Notes: a model not told the origin generated them from the sequence alone. A stretch of 64,000 nt of DNA from Octopus vulgaris (GCA_951406725.2 OX597829.1:14880001-14944000); one strand, 5' to 3'. Positions 1-15,505 are shown, counted from the stretch's first letter. Numbers and translations: made by a program.

Positions 1-379
1 GTGTGATGCATTTCCTATAAATATAGGTCTCTATTGCTTTATTGCCAAATCATAATTTGTATTATACCATTATCTATAGGTAGTGATACAAAGATATATA
101 TATATATATATATATATAGAAAGACAGATAGATGTAGTTGTGTAGGGGTGTGTGTACATATGTCCGTGTATATACACTTGTCCGAGTGCATATATGCATG
201 TACGCAAACACGTACGTGTGGGTGGTTCAGGAACGGTGTTAGTTTGTTTATGTTCCCTAAGATTTCGACAAAAAAGCTCATGAATTAAGTACACAGATAG
301 ACAAACTGATAGATTGGTAGATAGCTAGATAGATAGATGGATGGATGGATGGATGGATGGATAGATAGACAGACAGAAT

Positions 380-461
<82 letters not shown>

Positions 462-463
<2 letters not shown>

Positions 464-1388
464 TGTTTCTTTATTAGCCACACAGGGCTGCACACAGATA
501 GAACAAATTACAAGGTAGAGCTTTTCTTTTGAAGGTTAAAGGAAAAAAAAATGAGGGGGGGAGTTTCGATCAAAAGGGATCGTAAAAGGAGAGAAAGAGG
601 ACAAAAAAAGGGGGAGAGGAAAAAAATGATCAGTAGGGATCGTTATCACAGAAATGTCAATATGAAGTGTAAAGGGGAGGACAGGTGAGGTTTACCCGTG
701 GAAAGAAAAGCCTACGGAAAAGACCACGGTAACCTCGGTCAATGAAGTCACATGTTATACTTCTTTTTTTTTTTTTTTCTTTTGCAAATAAGCAACTCTC
801 TGTATTAATTTTTATGGTTCATAGAATCATAGTCAAGGTGGCTTCGTCATTCATACGTGCCATCCTTGCTACATTCACCCATCGTTTTTTAAAACATTCA
901 CTAGACAAAACTTGCCTCTCTACTCTCACTTTCCTCCTCAAGTGATACTTGAAGAAGTTGATGAGAGATTGACCAGAGAGGAAAGTGTTTGTCTCTAATC
1001 CTTTCAGGCGCGTCCACCAGATACATTCTTTCGCCATAGCCACAAGTATGATAAAAATAGCTCTTCCTTCCCGTTTGAAGGAAGGAGGCGTGACGATATT
1101 AACGATAAACTCGGCTGATAAACCGACACGTCCCACACGTGACAGCAGTCGTTCGACATAAGCCCACAGGTGGGAAATTGCTGGACACTGCACGATTGCG
1201 TGTAGAGCGGTTTCGTCGCTCTGCCCGCATCTCGGGCAGGTCGGCCCCGTGTTTCTCGAGCCATGCCTATAGAGCTTATCCCGAACGGGTAGCGCTTCTC
1301 GGTAGCACTGCCAGGCCAGGGATCTCTGGAAGTTGTCCATAGGTCCCGGGCCGAAAGTCGTTTGAAACAGGCGGGTCAGGTATTCCTC

Positions 1389-1390
<2 letters not shown>
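462..1390 (-). mobile_element. 5'-truncated Tx1/L1-like LINE (C-terminal zf-RVT region plus 3' UTR) inserted in a (GATA)n tract
   Basis: ORF 819-1340 contains LAWQCYREALPV...CPRCGQSDETALHAIVQC...W (CCHC zf-RVT pattern). The 3' end has AATAAAGAAAC, and (ATAG)n lies on both sides. Confidence 0.8.
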
Positions 1391-1427
<37 letters not shown>

Positions 1428-2199
1428 GTGTGTTTGTGACTTTGCGTCTGTTTTTGTCCTCTACCACTGATTCACCGTCAGTGTTGGCGTGTTAATGCGG
1501 TTCTACAAAAGAGACCGATTCAATAAGTACTACGCTTAAAAAACAAGTGCTTAGGTCCATTAATTTGACTATAAAATCCTTGAAGTGGTTACCTTGCATG
1601 TCCACGGTCTAGTATAAGATAAATGATATGATAGACTTTGACTTTAGGCCGATATTGCGCCGCTGTACTCATAAGACCAGAGATTTTATCTATGGATACC
1701 TTTGATTACAATTTTATTCTGGTGAGGCACTATAGTCAATTGATGTTTAAAAACTAGTTTTATAGAATCTTCTTTCAAAATACCAATTTTTTTCACACAT
1801 TAACTTGTGTAGGTTGGACTACGTAAAATATCAGAGAAAGAAACTCAGCTGTTTTTTGCAATATATACCAATACATACATCTAAAGCAAAATTGTTTCAG
1901 CGGCTCTTAAAACACCATTGTGGATCCCTAATTTACTCTTTTTTTTATGGACACCCAAACATGCTGTACGGACCTTCAGGGATCATACGCATCCATGTTG
2001 AGAACCTCTGCTTAGAAGGCACCGCTCTCCTTCGCAGGGTTTACATCCTTGGTATTGTTAGAAATCATTTAGAGCTGATGTACAGGAATAACGTGAAACT
2101 AGACGACTTATCCCAAGAACACAAGGCAGCGCCCTGTCCGTGAATAGGGACCACAATCAGGATCATCAGGTCAACATAATAAGCAGAAACCTAAGTATC

Positions 2200-2414
2200 T
2201 TTACTAGGCAGATAGATAAATAGATAAGACTGATAAGATAGTAACATAGATAAATAGACAGATTGATAGATAGATAGACAAGTATATAGGTAGATTAGGT
2301 AGGTAGGTACGTAGGTACGTACGTACGTAGGCAGGCAGGTAGGTAGGTATGTTGGTAGGTAGGTAGGTAGGTAGGTAGGTAGATTGATAGATATGTAGAT
2401 AAATATATATATAA

Positions 2415-2463
<49 letters not shown>

Positions 2464-2562
2464 TAAATATGTAGATAGATAGATATGTAGGTAGATAGAA
2501 AGATACATAGTAGACAGGTATGTAGTTAAATAGATAGATAGACAGACAGAAGACAGACAGAC

Positions 2563-2607
<45 letters not shown>

Positions 2608-2638
2608 TACAGACAGACAGACAGACAGACAGACAGGC

Positions 2639-2737
<99 letters not shown>

Positions 2738-2760
2738 GTGGTAGGTAGGAAGATAGATAA
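2200..2760. repeat. Compound GATA/GACA/GGTA/TA microsatellite
   Basis: Directly visible; similar tracts at 293-461, 5575-5760 and 60158-60290. Confidence 0.95.
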
Positions 2761-4329
2761 ATATACGAATAGAGTGGTACACAGAAATGTAGACATGTTA
2801 GCTTAGTTTCTTTTTAACGTATGTCTTCGCTCCCAGGAGGCATTAGACCATAACTTTATCGAATTTGCATAGCGTATAAGTGACTGAGACTGCCAACTCT
2901 ACTCTGGACCGGGCGCTGGTTTCTCGCATGCAAACCTTCTCAGCTGCTGCTGGAACAGCGTAGGGGACTGGAATAGCGTGAAATGAAAAGTTTTGCTCCA
3001 GAACGCAAGACACTGACCAATCCGGGGATCGGAACCATGGTATTACGATAAGGTGTGCAACAGTCTAACCACTTAGCCATGCAACTTCACAGAATTAAAG
3101 AAGTATATATGTTTGTCTTTGCTGAAATATAGTTTGATGTATATCGGGACGGTCATTCTGCCAATAATAAGCACACGTACTAGTTGTATTTCACTTCTCA
3201 ATTATTTATCTGTCAGTTAACTATTTAACCAATTAACTAATCGATTGTCTGATTGATTGATGAAGGAGAGATAACTATCATTACCATCTTTATAACTATT
3301 TTAATGAAGATAATGATAACTTTGATGACGATGATGATGATGATGGGGAAGATGATGATGATGATGGGGAAGATAATGTTAAGGAAGACGATGAAAAGGA
3401 TGATCGTGATGAAGATAATATAGTGATGATAACTATCTTCACAACAACGCAAACGACGACGATGATGACGATGACAAGGAGGAGGCTGGGGAGGAGGAAT
3501 TGATGAGTAGGATGACGTTGATAATGAAGACGATGGCAAAGATGATAATGACAACGACGACGAAGGCAATGATTACGATGACAAGGATGCTGGTGATGGT
3601 GATGATGTTGATGAGGAGGGTGAGTAGTAGGAGGAGAGTGACGATGAATAGGACAGCGATAAGGAGGGGGATGCTTATGGTGAAGACGCCGACATCACCA
3701 CTGCTCTCGACAATGACGGCGACTATTACGGTGAAAAATAAATACGATTATAATGCAATTATATTTCCCACCCTCTCATCTTTATGGTTATACAGCAATT
3801 AAAATATCACAATCAACATTATTCTTGAAAATCCCTGGCACCAGTTCCATCAATGCATAAAATCCCAAACTCCAATATGATTCGCCAAAATTATAATGAT
3901 CTCAGATTCTACAATACGGAATTGAGTTTCAATTAATTATTATATTGTAGTTCCAATATCTCGTTGCCGCTGTTGTTGTTGTTGTTGTTGCTGTGTGGTG
4001 GTGTTGGTAACGGTGTTGGAGCATTATTTTTTTGTATGCAAGCAATTTGTTTCCGTTTAAAATTAAAATTACAGCGATTACAATTATGGGCAATGCTTTG
4101 ACAGATAGCTAGAGGATACCTTCTCTGTCTGTATCCCTGTTTGTCTGTCTGTCTGTTTCTTTCTTTCTCTCTTTCTCTCTCTCTCTCTCGCTCTTAAATA
4201 TATATATGTTTGTATGTGTGTGCGGGCGTGTATAGATGATGATGGTGGTGATGATGATGACGATGAAGGTAGTTCCACGTGTCCATAGATCACGAGAAAG
4301 AGCAGTAATCATTTTATTTGTTATGTAAA

Positions 4330-4800
4330 CCGGTCCTTGATTGAGAGTCGCCGGCGCACTTGAAGCAAATATGTAAGCCTTAGTCAGCGGTGGTGGGTAA
4401 GTATGACTCTTTCCGTCTTTCCCGTTTTTCAGGCGCCATAGTGGCCCTGACCTTTCCAAATATGGTTGCAGCGATCTGAAAGCAATCTCGCCACACTTTA
4501 GTCTGTGTTGCGACTCCCTCCCACTCTATGGGATCAATATATGCTTGGGCGCACTGGTGCTTTAGCAGGTCTTTGAAATGCTTCCTGAGTGCGCCCCCGT
4601 CTCTTTTGCCCTGGCTGACTTCGCTGTAGAATACGACCTTTGACATTAACGATTTGGCTATGCGTAGGACATGGCCCACCCATATAAGCTGAGAAGCAGC
4701 AGAGCTTAAAACCTCTGGAGAGCAGGAGGGCTTCGTTGTAGGTAATGTATATCTTCCATGAAGTGTCCATGATGGAGCGAAGCCATCACTGGAGGAAGAG
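4330..4800 (-). mobile_element. RTE-clade LINE 3' fragment, frameshifted
   Basis: ITYNEAL...MGHVLRIAKSLMSKVVFYSEVSQGKRDGGALRKHFKDLLK matches the RTE C-terminal pattern (GHVxRM...YxExxxGKRxxGxxxKRxKD). Confidence 0.8.
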
Positions 4801-4811
4801 AAATATACTGT

Positions 4812-4866
<55 letters not shown>

Positions 4867-5581
4867 TGTGTGTGTGTGGGGGAAATATATTTTAGTTCCT
4901 ACAGTGATTCGCCAATATGGTTGTTTGGAGCCGTGTAAAAAGTGTTCCAAGTGCATTTAGATGCTCAACCAGAACAGATCAAAGAGCATTTTATTGCATT
5001 AGGTTACAGATAACAATGTCTCAGATTGTGTTTACTTCATCCACTCATATGGGAAACACCTTGAATAAGGCTGTATAGACTGCCGGCCTTCAGATTAGAA
5101 CGTGTTCTACAATTGATTAAATATAAATCTATTAAATTTTTAAAAATCTATAATATTAAAGAACTCTGATACTTTCTCCGCAGAAACATGTGTCGGGGCG
5201 TAATGGAAAGAAAAGGAGAGGGAGAGGGAGGTGGGGAGATTGATTCACTCATACAACTTTTGGTAAACTTCGTTGATTCCAATACAAATGCTTGCATTGT
5301 TGTAGCCTCTCGAATGATGTCAACCTGATGACTAGGCAGATAAGCCAACATTCCCAGTGAACATAGCTCTAGTCCTTTCAGGAATAATTTAGAGTTGAGC
5401 AGACATTAGCAACAGGAAATAAAATGCTTTGCTGGAGAAAGCATCGCACCGGCTGTCTCCCAATTGAAACCATGGTCTTGTGACCAAGAGTGTTATATCT
5501 TAAACTAGGTCACGCGCCCATCAAAAACATTTTCAAAAATGTGTGTGCATGAATGTATGTGTGTGAGTTTATATATATCTA

Positions 5582-5655
<74 letters not shown>

Positions 5656-5672
5656 CCTACCTACCTACCTAC

Positions 5673-5752
<80 letters not shown>

Positions 5753-5987
5753 ATATATATATACATACTTGAATACTTGCATATGCTCTCTGAAAGCAAC
5801 ATTAAATCAATCATTTTAAATCACTCATTTTTTTTTCTGGCTGATAGTATTTCTACGTATAACTGTCATAATCTAATTGCTACAAACCCAAAGTTTTTCT
5901 GACGATTTTCTTCTTAATTTTTCAGCACGAAAAATTTATTATTCTTATTAACAACTTTTGGATTTAATCAAATTTCTTTACTTGCAG

Positions 5988-6137
5988 GGGGTATGCAAGA
6001 CTATAACTATTATCATGGTGTGATGGAAATCACAGTGGAATTGTCTTGCTGTAAATATCCTCCCGCCGAAACCTTACAAGTTTACTGGGAAAAAAATAAA
6101 CGAGCACTTATAAATTATCTTCAGTTGGTTCATATGG
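5988..6137 (+). CDS. CPM: Metallocarboxypeptidase (M14B, carboxypeptidase M/D-like), internal exon at the end of the catalytic domain
   Basis: ttcttTacttgcAG acceptor (5986-87) and GTAAGT donor (6138). Translates (G)GMQDYNYYHGVMEITVELSCCKYPPAETLQVYWEKNKRALINYLQLVHM(G). GGMQDYNY and EITxELSCCKYP (catalytic Glu) are hallmark N/E-subfamily motifs. Phase 1 to phase 1. Upstream exons were not found in the window. Confidence 0.95.
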
Positions 6138-6211
6138 GTAAGTTTATTATATCATATTTTATATCTACTCAACATGCAAGCGTAGTTTCTTTCTAACGTG
6201 TGTTCCTATGG

Positions 6212-6750
<539 letters not shown>

Positions 6751-7171
6751 TAAATATTAGTAATAACGACGATATAGAATATTCTCAAAATTTATTTCCT
6801 CTTACAGTTTTATACAGTATATCATTATGATCTTTACGGCTTACACGTGTTTCTCCTGCACAGATTACAGACATTTGCAGATGCTAACCTGGCACGGTTA
6901 TCGGTTCAGCTTCTTCAAGTTGCATCCATTTGGCTCTTTATAATAATTGCTAATATATACTCTAGATATATTACCGTCCAGTGAAGCGAACGAAGAATTG
7001 CCTGTTGGAAGAATTTACAGAGTGACTGACAACTAATAGTAGCTATAGACGTTAGATACAGCCGAAATCTGGAACTTAACCGAGAGCCTCTACGGTGTCT
7101 GCCCGGATAAAATATCCCTCCAAACACTTCATCTTTCTCTCTCTCACACACGCATACATACAGACACACGC

Positions 7172-7227
<56 letters not shown>

Positions 7228-7430
7228 ATGCATATATGTATATACACATACAGGTATTAGTGCGGAAAATGTTAACTATTTTTCCTTAGATTTTTTAAAA
7301 ACTTTGATGGTGTTTTTCATGTTTGCTTCTCTATGTGTGTGTGTGTGTTGTTTGTAAGAAATGTCAAACTTCAGCTCGTAACCTCATTTTTCGATATTTT
7401 CGTGACTATATTACGATAGTTAAAAGAAGC

Positions 7431-7730
<300 letters not shown>

Positions 7731-7739
7731 TTTATGAAG

Positions 7740-9720
7740 ATTGACGTAACTCTTCACGAAGGCAAATAAACAATTAGATGAGCGCGATGCGATTTGTAAG
7801 AGATTCACTATGCTTCTCTAATTGAACAATATTTCGACATATTGTCTGTCATAGGTGAATGCACAAAGTAAGATGAAAACAACGTAGAAATACAGAAATT
7901 CAAAATATGAACGGGAATATCCTGCGTTCCTTTTCAGACAAAATGACATCATCTCTTTTCGCTTTTACATAATCGTTAAAAAAAAGAGAAAAAAGGGGAA
8001 AAAAGGGGAAAAGAAAACTGGAAAGAGAACATTCAATCAAACAGTTTTGTGTAAATGTAATGAAATTCGCTTGTCATTTTATTCATTCCACCAAGGTGTG
8101 ACGTTAACAATTCACAAATGTATTAATCCTTACGCATTTTGAGGACTGAAAAATGAAGTAGAATCAGAAAATCTTCCTGAAAATGTGCAATTTCAGGCAT
8201 TCCTCAAAATCACTACCGTTTGATGTAAAATGTTCGGCAAGTTCCGTGGAGCTACTGATGTTGTGCCTGACGTCATACCTGTGCCTATTGAATCTATAAT
8301 TTAATTATTCTGTTGTGCAAGTAACATAAATTCATTTGTGTTTTGGTGCATTCCATTGCACACACCGAATGGGAATCTGTACATGTCCCACCTTCTGTAT
8401 AAATCATAACATATCTGTTATGATTTGCAATAGTATGGAGTTGACTCATGTTGTACAATTAACAGAATTTACCTCCCTTTAGGCTGTTCTTCGGGGTGCT
8501 TCATGCAGAAACTCCAAGGTAGTTTGGTTGGGTTTAGTAGTAGTGGTTAATAGCTCTCTTATAAAGGCGGCGAGCTGGCAGAAACGTTAGCACGCTGGGC
8601 GAAATGCGTAGCTGTATTTCGTCTGCCGTTACGTTCTGAGTTCAAATTCCGCCGAGGTCGACTTTGCCTTTCATCCTTCCGGGGTCGATAAATTAAGTAC
8701 CAGTTACGCACTGGAGTCGATATAATCGACTTAGTTCGTTTGTCTATCCCCGTTTGTCCTCTCTGTGTTTAGCCCCTTGTGGGTAGTAAAGAAATAAGTT
8801 AATAGATCTCTTAAATTTTTATTGCGTCTAAAAGGCTAAAATAAGCTGATGAAAGTATATTTGTTTGAGATGCGGATATTGTTTTGAAATATGCTTGTAA
8901 CATTTAAGCAAAATTCTCAAAATGTCAGCGAAATTTCGGTGCCATTTTATCGCTAATAGAATTCGATAACAAATTTCACTTCGGCTGCTAAAATTATGCG
9001 GGAAAGTTTCACTTTCCTTGCTGGTTTTAGATATGTCATTTGCGATTTTCCTTTTATCATGATTCACTGGCGCACAAAAGCATTTGCCTGTTTCAGGTAA
9101 TCCCCTATGTCAGTACAAGTCTGTTTTATCCTCAAAACTGGGATTTCAGATTTGATTACTTGTATGATGTGGATTATCGGAGTAAAGGTAAGTGTGGGAT
9201 GATGTGGGATAGGTAAAATCCATCACTCCATCAGTTCTTCTATCAGGAGCATAGCTGGCACTGTGTTCGAATAATGGCGTAAAGGTTATACCGTTTACTT
9301 AATGAAGGACGATTGGTTATACTTTGGTCAATCATTAATGGAGCAATTCGCCAATCTAGAGCATGTAAATGAATTTCTTGTGTTATATTCCTCAGAGAGT
9401 CAGTAACAATAATATTGATGAAAAAAGAAGGGAAATCAATGTTACATACGTTTCAATGAAAACTTATGAAATTGTACTTAGAACAATTGATTTAAACAAT
9501 GCAGTGTACATGGGCATGACGTTTGGTTATTACTGTACTTAGTAATATTACTGGTTATGATATACAAAGCGATAATCACAATTTTTTCATTTGTCACTAC
9601 GTACATTTGACATTTGGTGTGATTTCCAATTTCTGCATTCGCTGTTCCAAGAGCAATTAGATGCTTAACCACAGTGAATCATCAGGGTGAGACAATTTAT
9701 AGCATTTTATTACAAAGATC
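7740..9720 (-). mobile_element. Decayed Penelope-like element (RT-EN linker and GIY-YIG endonuclease), interrupted by a SINE
   Basis: Minus-strand translations KWHRNF..ILR...YPHLKQIY....ILAFRRNKNLRDLL (about 8800-8960) and RFNRHRYDVRHN...STELAEHF (about 8200-8300) are typical PLE motifs. Many stops and frameshifts; boundaries approximate. Confidence 0.7.
8566..8797 (+). mobile_element. SINE family A (tRNA-like head, Meta-domain-like core), with TSD
   Basis: ggcggcgagctggcagaa...gagttcaaattcc (A/B box-like), core gcctttcatccttccggggtcgataaattaagtacc and tail ccccttgtgggtagtaaagaaata. Flanked by gttaatag(c/a)tctctt at 8546-8560 and 8798-8812. Confidence 0.88.
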
Positions 9721-9818
9721 TAATCATATGGTCTCTGTAACATAAGACCTCCAAAACATAATCCAATAAAGTACACTTCTGTTGATACTCTGTGGTTAAG
9801 TATCAATCGTTCTTGGAA

Positions 9819-9854
<36 letters not shown>

Positions 9855-10602
9855 TGTATGTATGTATGTATGTATGTATGTATGTATGTATGCGTTTATG
9901 AATCTGTGTTCTAAGTTTCCTGATGTGAAAATGTTGTTGAAACAGATATTGTATATTTCGAGACGGCCATATTGTTTTTGCCAAATAAATGCACGCACTA
10001 TATTTTCGGTCTTCATTTGCTGTTTTTTATTGTTCTTATCTTATGTCCATTGGGTTTATTTGAAAATAAACAAATAAGTGACCATCCCGAAATATAACAA
10101 TATATATCTGCAAACATATAATCTAAGTGGAGATCTAAGTCAATGTCCATTTAATTTTATGCATAAGATGTTATGTGTGAGTGTAGGAACATTTGTCCTA
10201 ACACAAATCGATCTCTTCCCTTTTCTCTTATTTCCTCTCCTCTCTTCCCAAACTCTCTGGGACTTCTCTTTGGTATGCGACAGAAGAATTTATCAGAAGA
10301 GTTATACTTTATTTTGTAACTTTTATTTTCTAACTTTTTTCTTTACTTGTATTTAATAACATTAACTGTGAAGATACCTAGGAACTTTTGTTACTTTTTG
10401 ATATTTATATTTGTTATTTCTTGCTCATAATATTTTGTTATATATTTATTGTGCATACAAACACATAGGCACCCCAACACAATTGTATATATATGTATGT
10501 ATGTATGTATATCCATTGTATGGATAATACCGTACTAAATTCTGGTGCCTCAACTTAAGTACCTAATTAATCTGAATCTAAATTTTGGCTTATATCTATT
10601 TG

Positions 10603-10668
<66 letters not shown>

Positions 10669-10787
10669 TGTATGTATGTATGTATGCATGCAGGCATGTA
10701 TGTATGTGTGTATGTGTATATATCTATTTATAGATATATATGCATCTATTTATAGACATATATATATGTATATATATTTGTATGTAG

Positions 10788-10850
<63 letters not shown>

Positions 10851-11036
10851 TATTTACATATACATATATTTATGTATTTGATCGATCCTAGTGGTCAATA
10901 GGTATTTATTTTATCGACATCGAAAGGATGAAAAGCAAAGTCGACCTAGGCGAAATTTTATTTCAGAACGTAAAGCAAAAAGAAATGCCTCTCTATAATT
11001 TGTCCTGGGTTCTAATGATTCTACCAGCCTCCTACC

Positions 11037-11098
<62 letters not shown>

Positions 11099-11129
11099 CA
11101 TAATAATAATCATAATAATCATAATAATC

Positions 11130-11185
<56 letters not shown>

Positions 11186-11204
11186 CATAATAATAATAAT
11201 AATC

Positions 11205-11275
<71 letters not shown>

Positions 11276-11311
11276 CATAATAATAATAATAATCATAATA
11301 ATCATAATAAT

Positions 11312-11684
11312 AGGCGCAGGAGTCTGTGTGGTAATAATAATAACCAATAATTGCGGGTTCAATCCTCGTAATCTTGGGCAAGTGTCTTCTGCTATAGCCC
11401 GGGCCGACCAATAATGGTTTGGTAGACGGAAACTGAAAGAAGCCTGTCGTATATATGTATATATATGTATGTGTGTGTTTGCGTGTCTGTGTTTGTCCCC
11501 CTAGCATTGCTTGACAACCAATGCTGCAGTGTTTACGTCCCCGTCACTTAGCGGTTCGGCAAAAGAGACCGATAGAATAAGTACTGGGCTTACAAAGAAT
11601 AAGTCCTGGGGTCGATTTGCTCGACTAAAGGCGGTGCTCCAGCATGGCCGCAGTCAAATGACTGAAACAAGTAAAAGAGTAAGA

Positions 11685-11690
<6 letters not shown>
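11312..11690 (+). mobile_element. SINE family B (tRNA-like head, CORE-like segment, internal TA/TG microsatellite)
   Basis: cttgggcaagtgtcttc CORE-like motif and tail ggcggtgctccagcatggccgcagtcaaatgactgaaacaagtaaaaga; sits within (AAT)n. Confidence 0.85.
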
Positions 11691-11737
<47 letters not shown>

Positions 11738-13239
11738 GTTAGAAATTATGCCGCATGGCCAGTAATTTTTTGGTTCCGGGTTAGTTGAGCATATCGTACC
11801 CAATGTTCAACATGTATTTTTTTTTACCCCAAAAAGATGGAATCCAAAATCAATCTCAGCAGAATTTGAACTGAGTAGGAAGAAATATAACTAAGCACTT
11901 TGTCCGACGCGCTAACGATTCCGCCACCTTACCGCCTTATATTTGAGAATTAATACCAAGCGATAAGCTTCACGGATCTTTTGAGATGCTCTCTTAAACA
12001 TTTCATGTTTTACAACCTGCGTTTTAATCATCGCGTCAACAATTAAGGGCAAATTAAAAATAAATGCTGATCGAGCTTTGATACCAATCAGCCATGGAAC
12101 CGAAGGTAAACAATAGAACAGGTTAATATCAACTAGACTTCTGCTCTGGATATTTATATTTCGCCTTCATTGATCAGAGCAGGTCAATATGGAAAAATTA
12201 TTATTGGGTAAATATTAGAATTTATTAATGTTAACAAGCAGATAAGCGCCCGAGGGGCCGGCGGGCGGTTTTCTGTTAGTCACTAAATGATATTTACACA
12301 TTTGATTCCCAATTTGTGTAATTTTTGTGATGTTACATCTAATTTTCCTTTGTATTCTTTATTCGTCTAACACTATTCACTCGTTCGGTAAATATTTCTT
12401 TCATTATTTTATAGCAGTCAGATGTGGTGAGCTGGCAGAATCAGCAACGCGTCGGACTAAAAGTTTAGCGCCATTTTGTTCGGCTTTATGCTTTGAGTTG
12501 AAATTCCGCCAAGGTTGATTTTTGTCATTCATTTTCTCGGGGTCAATAAAATAAGTAGAGTGGTTAAGGTATTCGACCAACTTAGCCATTTCCCCAAACT
12601 TTCAGGCCTGCTGCCTATAACAGACAAGCCACCGACCTGGCACAATGGTTAGCACGTCTGATTTTCTCTTAATCTTACGTTCTAAGGTGAAATTTCGCCG
12701 AGGCCGACTTTGCTTTCCATTGCCATTTGCGATCGATAAAATAAGTAACAATTGTGCACTGGGGTTGATGTAATCTGTCCTTGTACCTATAGTAAAATGG
12801 ATTGTTTTGTTGCAGTCTAAGATGGCGAGCTGGCAGAATTGCTAGCATTCCGGACAAACTGCTTATAGAGACATTTCTCCCCGTCTTTAGGTTTGAGTTA
12901 GAACTCCACTGAGGTCAACCGGATCTTTCAGTATTGCGTGGTCGATAAAATGTGTACCTGTTGAGTATTGGGGTCGACTTAATTCAGTAGTCCCTCTCCC
13001 AAAATTTTACAATTTGCGCCTAAGGTAGAAATAGTTATTTTATCGCATGTCATTTTAAAGAAAGTCAGTGGTAGCCCATCTACGTGGTTGTTTAATTTGT
13101 TCGAAATAGCAGAGCTCACGATGATATATTGGAACGCCTATAGCATACCAGACAGCTAGACAGCCAGATGAAGAAATTCCACTGAAATAAATTTTTTCTT
13201 CGAATCAAGCTGGTACAATTTTTATCTTTTTGCATGTTG

Positions 13240-13457
13240 AAGTCATTCGACGGTGACCATGCAGGGATATTACTTTGAAGGTTTTAGTCCAGAAAATCGC
13301 CCCCAGTACTTAAATTTTTAAGCCCGTTAGGTTATTTATTTTTTCGAACTGTTTTGCCGAATGTCAAATTTGGGGAAACTTAGAAAACTAGTTACTAGCA
13401 ATAGCGGGGGCAGGGGCATACGAAAACATAAACACACACACACACACGCACACACAC

Positions 13458-13554
<97 letters not shown>

Positions 13555-14260
13555 CACTTGCACCGCAGACTTTCAAATCCATTCACAAGGCTTTGGTCGG
13601 GGCCTAGACTGTAGTGGTAAACACTTACCCAAAGTAGTGGTCTTTGAGGCTGAACCCATGACTGCATGGTTGGGAAGTAAGCTTGCACCCCATACAACCA
13701 CTTCTACACCTATATATAAAGGTATGGCTGTGTGGTAAGTACCTTGTTTACCAACCACATGGTTCCGGGTTCAGTCCCTCTACATGGCACCTTGGGGAAA
13801 TGCATTTTACTATAGCCTAGAACCGACCGAAGCCTTGTGAGTGGATTTGGTAGATGGACACTAAAAAAAAGCCTGTCGAATATATATATATTTATGTGTT
13901 AGAAGAAATGAGGTACTCAGAAAATCGGATGGTTTATATTTACAGATATTTATTTGTATATTATATTTTTTATATATATCATACCACTTAGATCATTAGC
14001 GCTTTCTCCCATTCTAGTGGGGTTTTCAAATCAAACTCTATATTTATGTGTATACGTGTGTGTCTGTATTTTTCCCTCCCACCATCAGTTGACAACCAAT
14101 GTTGGTGTGTTTACGTCCCCGTAACTTAGCACTTCGGCAAAAAATGACCGATAGAATAAGTACTAGGCTTACAAAGAATAAGTCCAGGAGTTGATTTCAT
14201 CGACTAAAGGCGGTGCTCTAGCATGGCCACAATCAAAATGATTGAAACAAATAAAAAAAT
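13240..14260. mobile_element. Divergent pair of family B SINEs (- copy about 13240-13710, + copy about 13720-14260)
   Basis: Both halves match family B. The + copy carries an unrelated insert of about 145 bp (13895-14040) in its TA tract. Confidence 0.8.
13993..14033 (-). ncRNA. Minimal hammerhead motif, U3:A8 variant, in a small insert within a SINE
   Basis: tgat-TTGAAAA-cccca ctagaa tggga-GAAA-gcgc-TA-atga. Confidence 0.58.
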
Positions 14261-14262
14261 AG

Positions 14263-14309
<47 letters not shown>

Positions 14310-14908
14310 TAAATTAGAGATAAAACCACTATTAGGAAAATCAAACAGTGAAAATCATAAACCAATACATAGAAAAAATTAATTAAAAAAATACAAGATA
14401 TAAATATAAAAAATATAAAATATAAAATTTTACTATTTATCTTTATTAAACTTTTAATACTTTTTGATAGTTATATAATTTACAAAAAAATAAATAATAA
14501 TATATATATTGATTGATTGATTGATTCTAGTTTCAGCTCATGAGCTGTGGCCATGCTGGGGCACTGCCATATATATTTAAAATTTATAAGTTTAAATTAT
14601 TTAAATAATATTAAAAATTTTAACTTTAATTTAAATATTTTAATTTGGAATTTTATATTTTATATTTTTTTATATTTATATTTTATATTTTTTAATTAAT
14701 TTTTTTCTATGTATTGGTTTATGATTTTCACTCTTTGATTTGCCTAATAGTGGCTTTATCTCTAATTTAATATAATATATATTTATACCATAAAATTTGA
14801 TTTAATCCTAAATCTAATCTTTCCTTGTAAGTTTGGATTTACTCCCTAATATTATATATATATTTATATATATATATATCTATAATATATAATATATAGA
14901 AAAAAATA

Positions 14909-14977
<69 letters not shown>

Positions 14978-15505
14978 TAAAATTATATATATATATATAT
15001 GGATCAATAGGGAGCATTAAAATGAGACGATAAAAGGGCGGAAGGAGAAACAACAATCAGAAGAACAGGCAAAAAAAGACGGATCATTCTTGGTTTTCTT
15101 TCCTCAGAAGTCACGACCATTTCGGGCCATTTCCCTTGAGATAGTTCGGTCTGGTTGCCTACCAAAAAGTCTAAGTTAAGAGCATTAGACCCCTTTGTAA
15201 GAAAGCTAGCGAATGTGTACATCAACAAAGACAAAAAAAAAAAAAAAAAAAAATCACCACAACAAACAAGGTAAGATCCAAGGATCAAGGTGTATGAAGT
15301 TAGTGAGCTTCAAGCAATCCGTAGAAGATATAAAATAGCAGCTTCCATAGCAATAGTAGATTATTGGCACAGAAGGTGGTAAATCTTTCCCGTATCAAAG
15401 TGCGATAAGTTAAAAAATGTTATTTTGTAGTTCATGGTTAGCAACAGAGATTGTTGTATATGCGAATGAATATCCAAAAATTAGAGAATGGCGATGATAA
15501 AATCC

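Noticed and set aside
1805-2143. ORF containing HPNMLYG as a possible upstream carboxypeptidase exon
   Set aside because: It lacks the expected GITNGxxWY motif and convincing splice sites, and its 3' part is a decayed SINE.
12247-12280. Helitron 3' hairpin cgcccg...cgggcg followed by gttag
   Set aside because: The terminus is not CTAG and no 5' end was identifiable; too weak to call.
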